DNA from: Amoebophrya sp. A120
Taxonomy: Eukaryota; Protista; Dinoflagellata
Direction of reading: 5' to 3'
Assembly: GCA_905178155.1 (NCBI GenBank)
Contig: CAJINV010000004.1
Span: 752,629 to 816,628 of the forward strand
Length of the DNA: 64,000 bases
Position numbers and translations under genes: made by a program. Positions 10,659 through 21,653 of the stretch are shown here, one piece after another (position 1 is the first letter of the stretch; every line of letters begins with the position of its first letter). The notes under the pieces are model-generated. The model worked only from the letters and a program-made list of their open reading frames with translations. It was not told the DNA's origin and searched no databases.

Positions 10659-13600
10659 TCACGCACCACGAGGACTCATAGCCGCTGCGTCTCCACCTCC
10701 ACCGGCGGCACATCCAGCAACACGTCCCACCGCGGCTGCCCTGTTTCTCTGCGCATGGAGGTACTGTTCGTAGGTGTACAAATCGAATTTTTTCGTGTTT
10801 TGCTTCAGGATGTTCCAAATCATCAAAATGTTCTCCGCGTCCTCGTCTGTACGGGTGATAATCCAGCACGAATTTTGGTATGCACGCAAAAAATCGATGT
10901 TGTACTTGTAGTCTCATTGGTCAGAACTTATCTTCTTCACGTTCACAGGAAAAGTAGCATTACGCTCCGACAAACTTTTGTGTTGAAGCCCGCCCATCCT
11001 CAGGGAGCATCTTTCATGATCTACCATGTCCTCTATTTATAGATCATCATGTCACTCGGCCTCTACGTCATCGCTTCGTAGAGTGTTGAGAACGTCGCAA
11101 CGCGAAAATTTAGGGTGAATACTGAGGCACATCCTACTACACGACTGATTTTTGCTTGGATATCTCGTTTACAGGGGCCACGGACACCGCCACTGGGCTC
11201 CACACGCGGACGATTTCCCATCTAAGTGTATTGCAATTATTTCTGACAGTGACAAGTTGTTCACCAGCATAAGCATTTTTTTGGAAGAATATCGGTCAAC
11301 AACCATGAACGCCAGGTGGCCTGGAGGGACACCGACACCATGGGGTTGGGAATCGACAACATAATCATGATCGGCAATAAGCAATCAGTAGTTATCCATA
11401 AATGCAAACAACACGATGCTCTTCTTGCACAAGAAATATAATCAGTATCTTGCGCAGCCGCGACCACAGTGACCACGGAAAGTAGAACTCAAGAACGTCT
11501 TACTTTTGCCACTCCTTGGGGTAATTCGCCATGAAGAAATGGCGCTTCGCGAGACTCTGCGACGCAACGCTTTCCGCATGGACCGCGGACAGGTCGATCA
11601 CGTTGGGTTGTGTGCGCGTATCCCGCAAAAAAACGACGCCCAAACTACCACAGCAGAGCAAAAGTCCTCAACCAAATCACTATCATTTAATATTGGAGGA
11701 GAAAGAGTATCTTCTACTCTCTTACATTCTGCTATACAGGACCTCAAGACCTGCTCCAGGTTTTGGCTGTTGCGGACGACAAGTTGGCGGGATATTCCGC
11801 AGAGGCTTCGTCGTGCTGGGTTTGGGTAGCTTCACTAGCTAGTCGCACAGCAGTGCATCAGAAATCCACTTGTTTCTCGGGGAGCCGCATAAGGCACGAC
11901 TTCCTGCTGAATGCAAAATCTGTGGACAATATTTTTATTTATAGAGCTCTGCGCGCCGTGGGTAGGTCTCGGGAGGTACGTTTCAACCGAGGATAGCGCA
12001 CCAGGCGAATTTTGTTCAGGCTCAACTGGAACAAGTTTTCCACGTGCGCCACGTCCGTCCACTGCAGCTGCTTCTTCTCCAGAATGTAACTCGCTTGAAA
12101 CAAAAACGTCAGGGCCGTCAGAAGGGAATCGTAGCCGGCATCGTGGGCAAATTCCCCCAAGTAGCTGATGGACGACGGTGGGGACAAGGAGAAGGACTGC
12201 TGGGCCTGGATTTGGTCGTGGACGGCATCAGCCTGGTTGTTGGGCATTTTTCCCGCCCTGGGCCCCCAGTCGTGCCTGTCGTCGTGGGTACAACTTCTTC
12301 GCTGCTGCTCGTCCTTTCGCGGACTCGAATCCACTTCGGAAGCTGCAAGTGCAGCGTCGAGGCCTTCTCCTGGCTTTATCGCCTTCGACACAGTTCTACT
12401 ATTATTTCGAGTGGTAGTTGTAAAAGCGGCGATGCTCGCACTGTCTTCCATGAACCTTTGAAAATGGGGTGGAAATCGGTAGTTTTCGACGACGTCCACT
12501 TCCTCCTCCGCCGATGCGGGATCTCCCGTTCTGCCAACATGTTGCGCACCCGTGCTGACAGGCGTGACGGTATGAGTGGGGAGCACTTCTACACGAACCT
12601 CCTCGCCCGCCTGCTCTTTTCTTTTTTTGGCGCAAGAAGCGGCCACCCGATTAATTGCCCACCCTCCACAGTGCTTTCTCACTGTTGTTGGCGGAAATGG
12701 CTCTGGCTGCCATCATTTTTATTCCGAAATACACAAACAGTAGCACTAGAGTGGTCTGTGAGAACAAGCGTACAAAAAGAAAAATCTATGATTGAACATG
12801 CATAAAAACGCGCGCTTTTTGGGTTGCGTGTGAACTAGTAGGTACAACTGAGAAGCAGGAACAGATGGAGATCGATGATGTGCGATCATTTCCATAGACG
12901 GTGAACCGCATTCCTGCGTCGACAAAATGGCGAGGACTTTTTGGTAACCTTGACTCGGCGGGAGATCGGAGCGCCGCCGGTAGTTCACCGCCAGCTTCTT
13001 GCTCTGTCGCCGATACTTCTTGTTGTTCCGGTGCGCCGTCGCGGCTATGTGTACTTGAAGCTGTAGAAGATCCACCTTGGAGAACCATGTCGGAATTACA
13101 ACCACGACCACTACTATGCAGCGACTTCTGCTGCGCAGCCGCGTTCTGTTCTTTGATCTCCCGGGCCATGCTGCTGTAGTTGCTGCTGCTGACCATGAAA
13201 TCGCACAGCTCCTTCAAACTGGACGGCGGGGACAGGAGCGCCAACAAGTCGTGGCTATCAGACATGTACTTCGTGTCTAACGTTTTCGGGAATTTGGCCA
13301 GCCAAAGCTTCTTGAACTCCGCCACTGGAGGAAGGGATGATTTTGGCTGCTCGCGTTGACTGGTCGGCGCCTGTGGAGGATCATGTGCTGTTCCTTTCTG
13401 CGCCAAAAGGTCACCATTCTGATCTCCTGGCTCAGGAACATCAGGATGCAGGTCTCGAGCCGCGGAACTGCCGCTGGTCGTCGTTGTCGTCGTCGTTGTG
13501 TGCATCAAGTTCAGCGGATCGTGCGCATTGTGTAACGGGGCGGAGGAAGAGATGCTCATGTCGTCGAACGTAAAGCCACCAACTGCACCCGACGAGGACG

Positions 13601-16600
13601 ACCCCCCGCCTGCTGCCTGCGCCGAGAGTGGAAGGTCGCCGAAAAAGGCCTGGTAGAGGTGACAGATGTCGTAGAAACAGTTGTGGCCGACCAGGAGCTT
13701 CTTGCTCTCCACAATCGTGTCCAATAGCTCCCTAACGCCGCGCTTCTTCTGAATCGCCTCGATTTTCTATGAGAGTGCGCAAGAACTCCTTTTCCCTCTC
13801 CTCGCTTCGAATGCAACAACATAACTTCAGATACGGGGGACGAGCAGGATCATAGTCGAAACAGCATACTAAAGTTTTGTCTACTTCAACTTCTTGCAGG
13901 AGCTAAATACGTTTCTGACCTCGTCCCTGTTGTTCCTGTTCGTCCCTTCTAATGAGGGGAAGCAAAAGGAGTTCTTGTGCAGTCTCGTATCTCCTGCTCC
14001 AAGTGCTTCAACTGCCCTTCAAACATATTCACCTGGTTTTGCTCTATCCACAGGAAATATGCACTGCAAAAGTATCGTACTCGTAGTATTGCAATACAAA
14101 TTTTTAGCTCAGCATAACAAATGGAATTTGTCATGCTGATTTAGCTTGAAAAAGAAATTTGTAACGCATAACTGCAATTAGTACGAGTATGATACTTTTG
14201 CATTGCATAGATAAGGAAAAAAACCGATTCTACTTTAGTACCGTACAGGATGATGTGCGCCCATACAAGTTGACATGGTGGCACCATTTTTTTTTTTTGC
14301 ATCACAATCATCAAATCATGACAAGGCAACCATCTTAGTTCCTCGATAAGCCGCATTATTATGATAGTATTCGACGGTCGGGTCGTTGTCGTTTCTGAGG
14401 CGAAAACTTTCACGTTGTGAAGATACCCTTTCTTGCAGCCTTACTTTGGATTCGCACGTGAACGGCATTTTTCTCTTTCAGGAATCGGATGAATTTGTGT
14501 TGCGTAGTGTACACAGAAAGAAACCTCCCGTTTTCGTTGCGCGTGCTTTGCGAAAAGAGCTGCGGAAATTCCTGAGCGATGATTGTGTGCAGGAGCAAAC
14601 GCTGAAATGCGTTTTCCATCGGAATCTGAAGCATGTTAGAGCTCGACGAGCCGGCCGGGAGGGTGCTCGTAACTTCGTGTTGCTGCAGTGGAGAAAGGCG
14701 ACTTTCTGCTCCTGCGGTGTCGCTCGTCTCTTCGTCGAAAGCTTGTTCTACCCGATCTTGTTGGGCGAGCTGATTAGAAGTGAGTTTTCTGGTGGGGACA
14801 AAAACAAATTTATGTGCATGTGGTAGATGTACTTTCACTTTGTACGACGTTTGATCATGCGGAGCCTGGTGGTGCCAGAGCTGCAGGCACCCGAAGATCA
14901 TCTATGGGGTCGTGCAGACACAGCAAGAGGGCAGACTCCTACAGATGCTGCTATGCTTGCTGGAAGAGCAGCAAAGGGCACGGTGGATTTTGCATCGCCT
15001 TCGCCATTATCTCTTTCATCATGATAGGATACGGACGAGTTTATTGTCGGTAGTTGTACAACTACATACGCAACCGCACGTAGTAAGTACTACAACACAA
15101 GGTAGTAGTACCCATTCTCGAATCTGGCCCAAGACTTTCTCCACTACTTCTTTGTCCGGGCCCTCTGGAACGGAGATCTTGTGCTGGTGTGCGGAAGTGG
15201 GGTGTTGTGACGAAGAGGTACTAGAGCCTGCAGCTCCTGGACTCTTACAGCTAGAGGCCTTCTGGAGGGTGTAAATCTCGTCCATGCGTGCCTTTACCGC
15301 GGCCACCTCTCGGCTTTCGTCTTCCGGCTTGAGCCAAGACAAACCCTTCTTCACTGTTATCGCAGGAAAAAACAGTTTTTTTTTATTTTTCACTGTGGCC
15401 GAGGATCACTTACCTTGCGAGGCTTTCATCAAAAATATTTCCTACAAGACCAGCACCAGCCACGCACGCTTTCAAGGGAAAGGGAATCACTAAAACACGC
15501 GACCAAAATGGCTTTTACTTTTCGCACATTCAGCAAGACAAACAGATCGAGATGGCGCGATGATGTGCTGACCTACAATCCTCTGCATCTTCAGGTTCAC
15601 AGGCTCGCAGTGAAGGCATTGTGACTGTTTATTTTCGTTCGTGCGATACCCCAGGTGTCGAAGCTGAACCCGTTGTCTGACAGGAACTTTACGGTCGCCG
15701 CTGACATCAAAATGTTCCGGTTTTGCCCATCGTTAGAGGCTGACGAGGACGAAGCCAGCTGTCCGTCGGGAAACAGGTAAACCGACGCCGGCGTCAGTTG
15801 CCACACGGTGCGACTAGTGCGCGGTGATGAAGGGGAGGACGGCGCAACACCAGGATCGTGATCGTTGTACACCTGGACCCTCCGGGCCAAGCACAAACCC
15901 ATCTGCACGGGCACGTAGTGGTTGGCGCCCCGCGCGTGCGCTTCGTAACACTTGTCCACGCCGATGAAGCGGGTGGCGTGGCGGTGCAACCCGGTGAGTT
16001 CCAGGTCGAAAGCGACGAACTCGGCCTCTTTGATGGCTTCGATAAGATCATCCTTCACCACGTCCCAGGTGTCTTTGGTCACGGGCTGCGGGGGGCGCAG
16101 GATGGTCTTTCTTTTTGGTTGGGCGTAGTGCGAGCTGGGGGAGGTGGTGGTCTTGGGCGGCTTACCAGCTGTACTAGTTGTATTCGGAGCTGCGAGGTTT
16201 TCCGACGAGAGCGGCTGTTTTCCGGGTTCTTCCACTCCGCCGGGAGCAGGCGTGCTGACAAAAGTCCCCTCGACAACGACATCCTCGGGAGCAGAGGAAC
16301 GCGTCCCAACCGTCGTGGATTGTGACGTGGCTCCATCGACGCCGTCTGGTGCGCGATAATATAGCGGTTCCGCGGGTCTCGAATCAGGACGGGCCGCTCG
16401 ATGATTTCCATGCTCTGGAAGCACGCCGCTGGCGAAGGCCGCAGAGGACGCAGTGCGGTTTATTTCAACATCTGGAAGACAACTACTACCAGAGGAAGGC
16501 GTACTACCAGTAGAGCTAGAAGATAAAAACGATGAGGAGGTCCGAATCCGACCAGCATTTGCGGTCGATGCGCCAGCAACTGCATCCTCTCCATCAGCTG

Positions 16601-17144
16601 GCGATGCTGCTGTCTCCGAGTGGTCCTCGTGCCTCGTCGTCTCACCTTGTCGGCCTGGTGCTGGGCTACTGAAATTGCTTGACCCAGCCCGTGTAGATTC
16701 CGTCTTAGTTGTATCCACTCTTGAAGGACCAGTTCTTGTCTCTGGTGCTCCTGTTAAATCCGCTCCGGCCTGCTGATGTAGAAGTCGTGCCTCGTCTGCA
16801 GCAGCCGCGACACTGCAGAAGTTCCTGTGGCCGCTACAACTTCGCCTTGTTGTCTCCGACACGACGGCGCAACCGCTTCTCGACAAATTATCGCAGGGGA
16901 AAAACGCCCAGCACGGCGAACAAGAAGTTTCGGACAAGTTCTTCCCCGTCGCTGTCGCATTTAGGTGGTTGTGTTGTCGCAGCACAAGCGTCGTGGTAGT
17001 GGTTCTCCCCCGACGAGATTGCACCTCCCTCGCTGTTCCTCGGCGCAACACGGTTTTCATTTTCGCTGCTGTCGATGTCGTGCGTCTGGTACAACTCGAT
17101 CTGATCAAAACAAGTAGAAGCTCCTGCTCCTGAAAAAATGACAC
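10659..17144 (-). CDS. PARN: Poly(A)-specific ribonuclease (CAF1/DEDD family) with R3H and C-terminal RRM; ~8 introns; start uncertain (GTG 17144 or ATG ~17060)
   Basis: Motifs [13 protein letters not shown]|VKKGLSWL, R3H-like [20 protein letters not shown]|[52 protein letters not shown]|TQPNVIDL, and RRM-like [13 protein letters not shown]|[19 protein letters not shown]|NSCWI...YTYEQY; stop at 10659. Confidence 0.92.
10879..11162. mobile_element. TIR introner in PARN RRM
   Basis: tatgcacgcaaaaaatc / gatttttgcttggata; flanks TTTGG/TCTCG; joins PVNE|NSCW. Confidence 0.82.
11222..11503 (-). other. Canonical GT-AG intron (PARN)
   Basis: AA|GTAAGA...CTTAG|A TGG restores EWQK|WEIV. Confidence 0.8.
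11619..11995. mobile_element. TIR introner, family E-like terminus
   Basis: tatcccgcaaaaaaacg / cgtttcaaccgaggata; flanks GCGCG/GCGCA; joins RLVR|TQPN. Confidence 0.85.
13768..13989. mobile_element. TIR introner (singleton)
   Basis: tatgagagtgcgcaagaactcctttt / aaaaggagttcttgtgcagtctcgta; flanks TTTTC/TCTCC; joins LEQE|IEAIQKK. Confidence 0.88.
14058..14209. mobile_element. Family F element nested inside a larger PARN intron (~14030-14495)
   Basis: 28-bp near-perfect TIR tatgca(c/a)tgcaaaagtatc(g/a)tactcgta; flanks GGAAA/GATAA; right flank (14210-14430) is non-coding. Confidence 0.85.
14770..15111 (-). other. Canonical GT-AG intron (PARN)
   Basis: TGG|GTACTA...AATCAG|CTC gives IREW|LAQQD in frame. 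Confidence 0.65.
15358..15648. mobile_element. Old TIR introner now a GT-AG intron (15354-15649)
   Basis: tatcgcaggaaaaaacagt / actgtttattttcgttcgtgcgata; G|GTATCG...ATAACAG|TG removes exactly element + 5 nt and gives DTW|VKKG. Confidence 0.82.
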
Positions 17145-18372
17145 ACTTCTTCATCAACCACGACTACTGGGGCTGATTTTGCACTTGAAGATTTAGATTT
17201 ACGACGGTCATGACCTACTAAAATAAAAAACCCGAGACTCTAAATGGTGAAGACAATATTAGGAAGTTAGGTTGATGAAAAATCATGAATGCATCAAGTT
17301 CATCTTGATCTTCATCTTGCTGCATGAAGGTCACGGTTTGTGATCGCGAGACAAGATCGAAACTCAACACATAAGTACACGCAGCGCCACAAGTGTCCTC
17401 CTTTATCATGATGATCTGTTTGCATCAAGATCAAACATCAGGAGCTGCACATTAATACGGAGATGAAGATCTTCTAACGATCCACAATGAAAGAAGCAGG
17501 TGCTCGTTGTAACATTCGACCTGCAAGAACCGAGAACATAAAACAAGAAGAACAACGTGAACGTCCACGTTCCGAGGAGCGAACCACAACTACAAATGTT
17601 GATTTTTAGTATGAGATCAACTATAAATCACAATCGATGAGAATACGAACAGCTCCTGTAATGAAAGTATGGAAAAGATAGGAAGCTGATTCGTCTTCTC
17701 CTCCACAACTACAAATGTTGATCAAAATGATGATCTTATGGTCGACCTTGGAATATTAAAGGGCAACAAAAAAAGACGATCCTATTCCTAGGCATCAAAA
17801 TGCCGAGAGACCGAGACGATCTTTGTCCGCGCGGGTGAGTGCAGGCGAACAAGCGCCGGAGGTCTCGGTTGACGAAGTGCATAGCTTTGACAAAAATGTA
17901 GAATATCGAAGTAGTTCGGACGCACGGTGAATCTAAAGCGTGTTGCCTCTTCTAGCGCATTTATCATCCTCAAATGAGCTGCTCAAGACCAAGAATCCGG
18001 CGCCGTTCTCAAGTCGTCCTCAAGAACAATTGAAGACTTGATACAGCCATCCCGCAGCGTGGCTGCCGTCCGTGGCCGCGGAAATTTCTTATCAAAACGA
18101 GGATCGCGATTGTCAAGGAAACCCAGAGCGCCAAACGCACAGCTGCGCACCAGGAAGAAAGAGAAGCGATGTCATCTCCTCGTGGTGACTGCAGAAGCTG
18201 CAGTGGTTGTTTGTTTAAATATTGCCGGTCACTTGTCGTCTCAGGGAGGCCGACCAAGAGTACATTTCAATTTAGAAACCATTTTTTTTCACTGCGGATC
18301 ACACGAAAGCGAAACTTGTAGGGGAATAAGATAGTCCAAAAATCTTCCTCGTGCTACTTAACATGGAACGCC

Positions 18373-20784
18373 TCACGGCCACGGGTTCAAAACTGGCCCA
18401 GCATCTACTGCTGTTCTTTTTCCCCCGCCACTAACATCTCCTCCACCGCCGCCCGGGCGTCTTGGTGACTGGGATTTTTCTTTCTTCGTTTGCACTTTCC
18501 CGACCCCCGCTCCTGCCGCCGCCCGGGGGGACAGCGGAGCACCACCACTGGTTGGCGGCAAGGGACCATTAGCTCCACCTGCTGCAGCCGTACCGGTACC
18601 TCCTCCACTAGCACTTCTTTGCTGTATTGCGACTTTTCGCTTGAGCAGCTCGCTTTTGTAGTACTTCACTTCGTGCTATCAGACCAAAAAGTGCGTAAAC
18701 AAGTTAATGCTGATGACGAAATTTAGTGTCGTATTGCAGAGGTGCATGATCATGACCAGCATGCTAAACATCACCACAGGCAGAACTTCTATTGCACACC
18801 ATGCACTACAGTTGTAGCCAACCTCTGTCAACATAATGCCCAGCGCAATCACTGACAGTAGAGCACCGATTAACGTTAGCACTTTTTGCTATATGATACT
18901 TTCTCCAGGAACTTGATCCGCTCGTCTTTGGTGTCGAGCCTCTCAACGTATCCATGGTCCTAAATTTCCCGCGCAAGTACGGGCACGCGCACGAATGGCA
19001 ACATTCCTGCATGACTACAATTCTCTCCTGTGCTGCATACTGTATTTCGCATGACAAATTTCGGCTTCGAAGTTGATGTAGTACGTGTACGGGAAACTAC
19101 GAAATTTGTATCAAATTGCATACAACGTCCGTGTTCTTCTGTTGCGCTACCTTCGCCAACTTCTGTTTCACGGCGTACAGCTGGGTCTCACTGGTTTTGC
19201 GAAGGTCTTCGAACGCGGTCGTCTGAACTTTCAGTTTGTGCCACAGATTTTCGTTTTCCCGCCGCGCTTGCACCAGTTCCTCCTTGCAACTCTTCAGCGC
19301 ATCCTTCAGTTTCTTCTCCTGCTCCGTCGCGTGTTCCATGCGTTTGCTGATCGTCCGCTCGAGTTGGTCCACGCCGAAATTCTCGATTTGGTCCTCCAAC
19401 TCGAGAATTCGCTTCTCCTGCAAGTAGCTGCTTCGGCGCAGCTGCTGGCACTCCTCAGACATCGCGGCGTGTTCGCTTTTCAACTTATCGTTTTGCACCA
19501 CGTATTTCCGCCGAACGTGAGAGAACACGGATATCTGATAGTAATGAAATTATGGAAAATGGCGGCTTCATCCTCATCGTTATCGAAGAATATGATACTA
19601 GTGACCGCGATCGGCACATTTACATCATCACGGAGCAGGTAGGCCCTGATCTTCCTGTAGCTCTTCACGCAGAGGCTCCGCTACTTATCCTGAAGTTAGT
19701 TCACGCAGAGGCGAAAAATGTGGATACCCATACCAGTACGACCGCAGAATCGTCAAGAAGCATAGAAACAGAAGGTGCTACCTACTGAGCTTACCTTATC
19801 CTTCATGTCCTTTTGCAACACGTCTCTCGCCTTCTCGGCGTCGTGTTCTGCAAGGACTAGCCGTTTGATTTGCTTCTCTTGTTTCTCGAACTTTTTCTCC
19901 GTGGCTTCCAAGGCCTTCTTCAACAGGATCGGGTCGTCCCCCAGGTTTCGCCGCGCGACCCGGTAGTCTTGTTCGGCGTCGTCGAGAGGCGCAGCGGTTT
20001 TCAGTTGCCGGCTGACGTCCTGCGACAGCGTCTGGATGTCCGCGATCTCGTGCAGGACTTTCGACTGCAACTGCAGCTTCTGGGCGTGGAACACGTCTGT
20101 GTCCGCAAACCTGGCGGACTCGATCTTGTCAGCCTGAAGGTGAAGAGCGTCGGGGCGCAAAAATACTTCAGAAGATGAGACTGACACTCAACTTTTCTTA
20201 TTCGGTGCTTTATTTCTGTTATTTCACAAAATGCGAGTCGTGTTAGTTTGTAGATTCTGTTGATGTTGTAGTACTAGCGAGGTGAAGATGATAGACAAAG
20301 ATTCAGATTGATCCGCATACAGGTACAGGGACAGTGAAAATACTAATACACGGCGTAAGGACCATCAAGACCAGCCTTCACCTTCACGCTGCACGAGGGT
20401 GGGTGGCAGGTCACTATCTTTCTATGGCTCTGGATCGGCGGCAACAGGTCTAGAAGTTACTAGCACGACCTGACCTCGCGGAAAGAACCCAAACTCTACT
20501 CTACGTCATTCTGAGCACATCTTCACGACTTTCACATTTTGCTAGTTCTACTGGAGAAAAAGAAGTACCAATTCCTCATTTTGCTGGCCCAAAAGCTGCA
20601 ACTCCGCTAGCAAGCCCAGGCGTTTCTTCTCGCGAATTTGTGCCTCAGTTTCATATTCCTGCTGCTCCACCTTGGCCTTTGCCGAGATCGCCCTGCTGGT
20701 GCTTGGGGAGGAGGGGGAAGCTGCAGCTGCTGCGCCGAGGGGACCGGCGGCCCCTCTCGGGGTTGTTGTGGTACTGAGGACCAT
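18373..20784 (-). CDS. Multi-exon coiled-coil protein, unknown family
   Basis: Exons join MVLSTT...QNEEL|...MKDK|IRAYLLRDD|ISVFSHVRRKY...KNTDV|ERLDTKDERIKFLEK|EVKYYKSELLKRK...PWP*; heptad-rich E/K/L/Q composition. Mix of GT-AG introns and TIR introners. Confidence 0.72.
18677..18898. mobile_element. TIR introner with GT-AG option
   Basis: tatcagaccaaaaagtgc / gcactttttgctatatgata; flanks CGTGC/CTTTC; in frame with +5 nt removal or as GT-AG 18676-18899. Confidence 0.82.
18949..19122. mobile_element. TIR introner (degenerate TIR)
   Basis: TAT...ATA ends, perfect TSD CAACG, internal gcatgacaaa; joins NTDV|ERLD. Confidence 0.82.
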
Positions 20785-21653
20785 GATCGACGTACTAGAG
20801 GGCTTGCAATCCGTTTCTTTCTTGATCTTGGTCTTGAACTCGAATACTGCCGCTGCAGGATACAACCGAGGATACGCAAGTCTTCTAGCTGCGGAATGCG
20901 GTCCACATGAACCAACGCGAACAACTGGAATTGTAAAAACAAATTCGCTCGTACTGTTGGTTTCTATTTATAATTTTTGAATGCAATATCAATAACCAGA
21001 CCTGTTCACTTGTGCCATGTCGTAGTTCGGCTCACACGAAAAAAAAAAAATTCAGTTTGAAGAATCACCATCACGAAGATGGAGCACGACCACAACCACA
21101 GAAACGGAGGAGGCTGCTCACGAGCTTCTTTGTTCTCGTATGGAAATAGTCTCCTGGCTCCTTGCAACTTTGCATTGGCATCTCCGTATCCTTACTCTCC
21201 GCCTTGCCCTCATGATTAAGATTATCTCAATCTCTCTCGAAGCATCAAGAAAAAAGGACGAAAAACACAAACAAAAAATCGACAAACACGGGCGCCGCCG
21301 GCGGCCGCTTGATGCAAAAGGCAAGACGTCTGCAACAGAAAAACGCACGTCCGGGTCGCCGACGCCGAAAAACGCACGAATCCTTGCCGAGGCCGAACAA
21401 CTGCTATGATGGAAGTATTCTTTCATCACCCTTGCGACCCACTGCATATCCAGATGATAGCTGAAAGCTTTAGAAACACGCTCGGGTTGAAGATGTATTC
21501 GTAAACTTCGTCATCATTCTTGTCCTCGTCCTAGTACATTCTAGATCGCCTGGATGTTTCTACTTACTTAGTGTTTTGTCCGAAGTACAGTTGTTTCAGT
21601 CGCTGGTTCGTCTTCTTATGTCAATCAAGTCGCTCAACATTCATTCTCCTACA

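Noticed and set aside
17584-17722. 20-bp direct repeat ccacaactacaaatgttgat x2 (similar small duplications at ~8357-8402 and ~63061-63116)
   Set aside because: Short intergenic duplications with no support for function.
18679-18882. 67-aa hydrophobic ORF resembling a membrane protein
   Set aside because: It lies entirely within the TIR element 18677-18898, whose removal joins the flanking coiled-coil exons.
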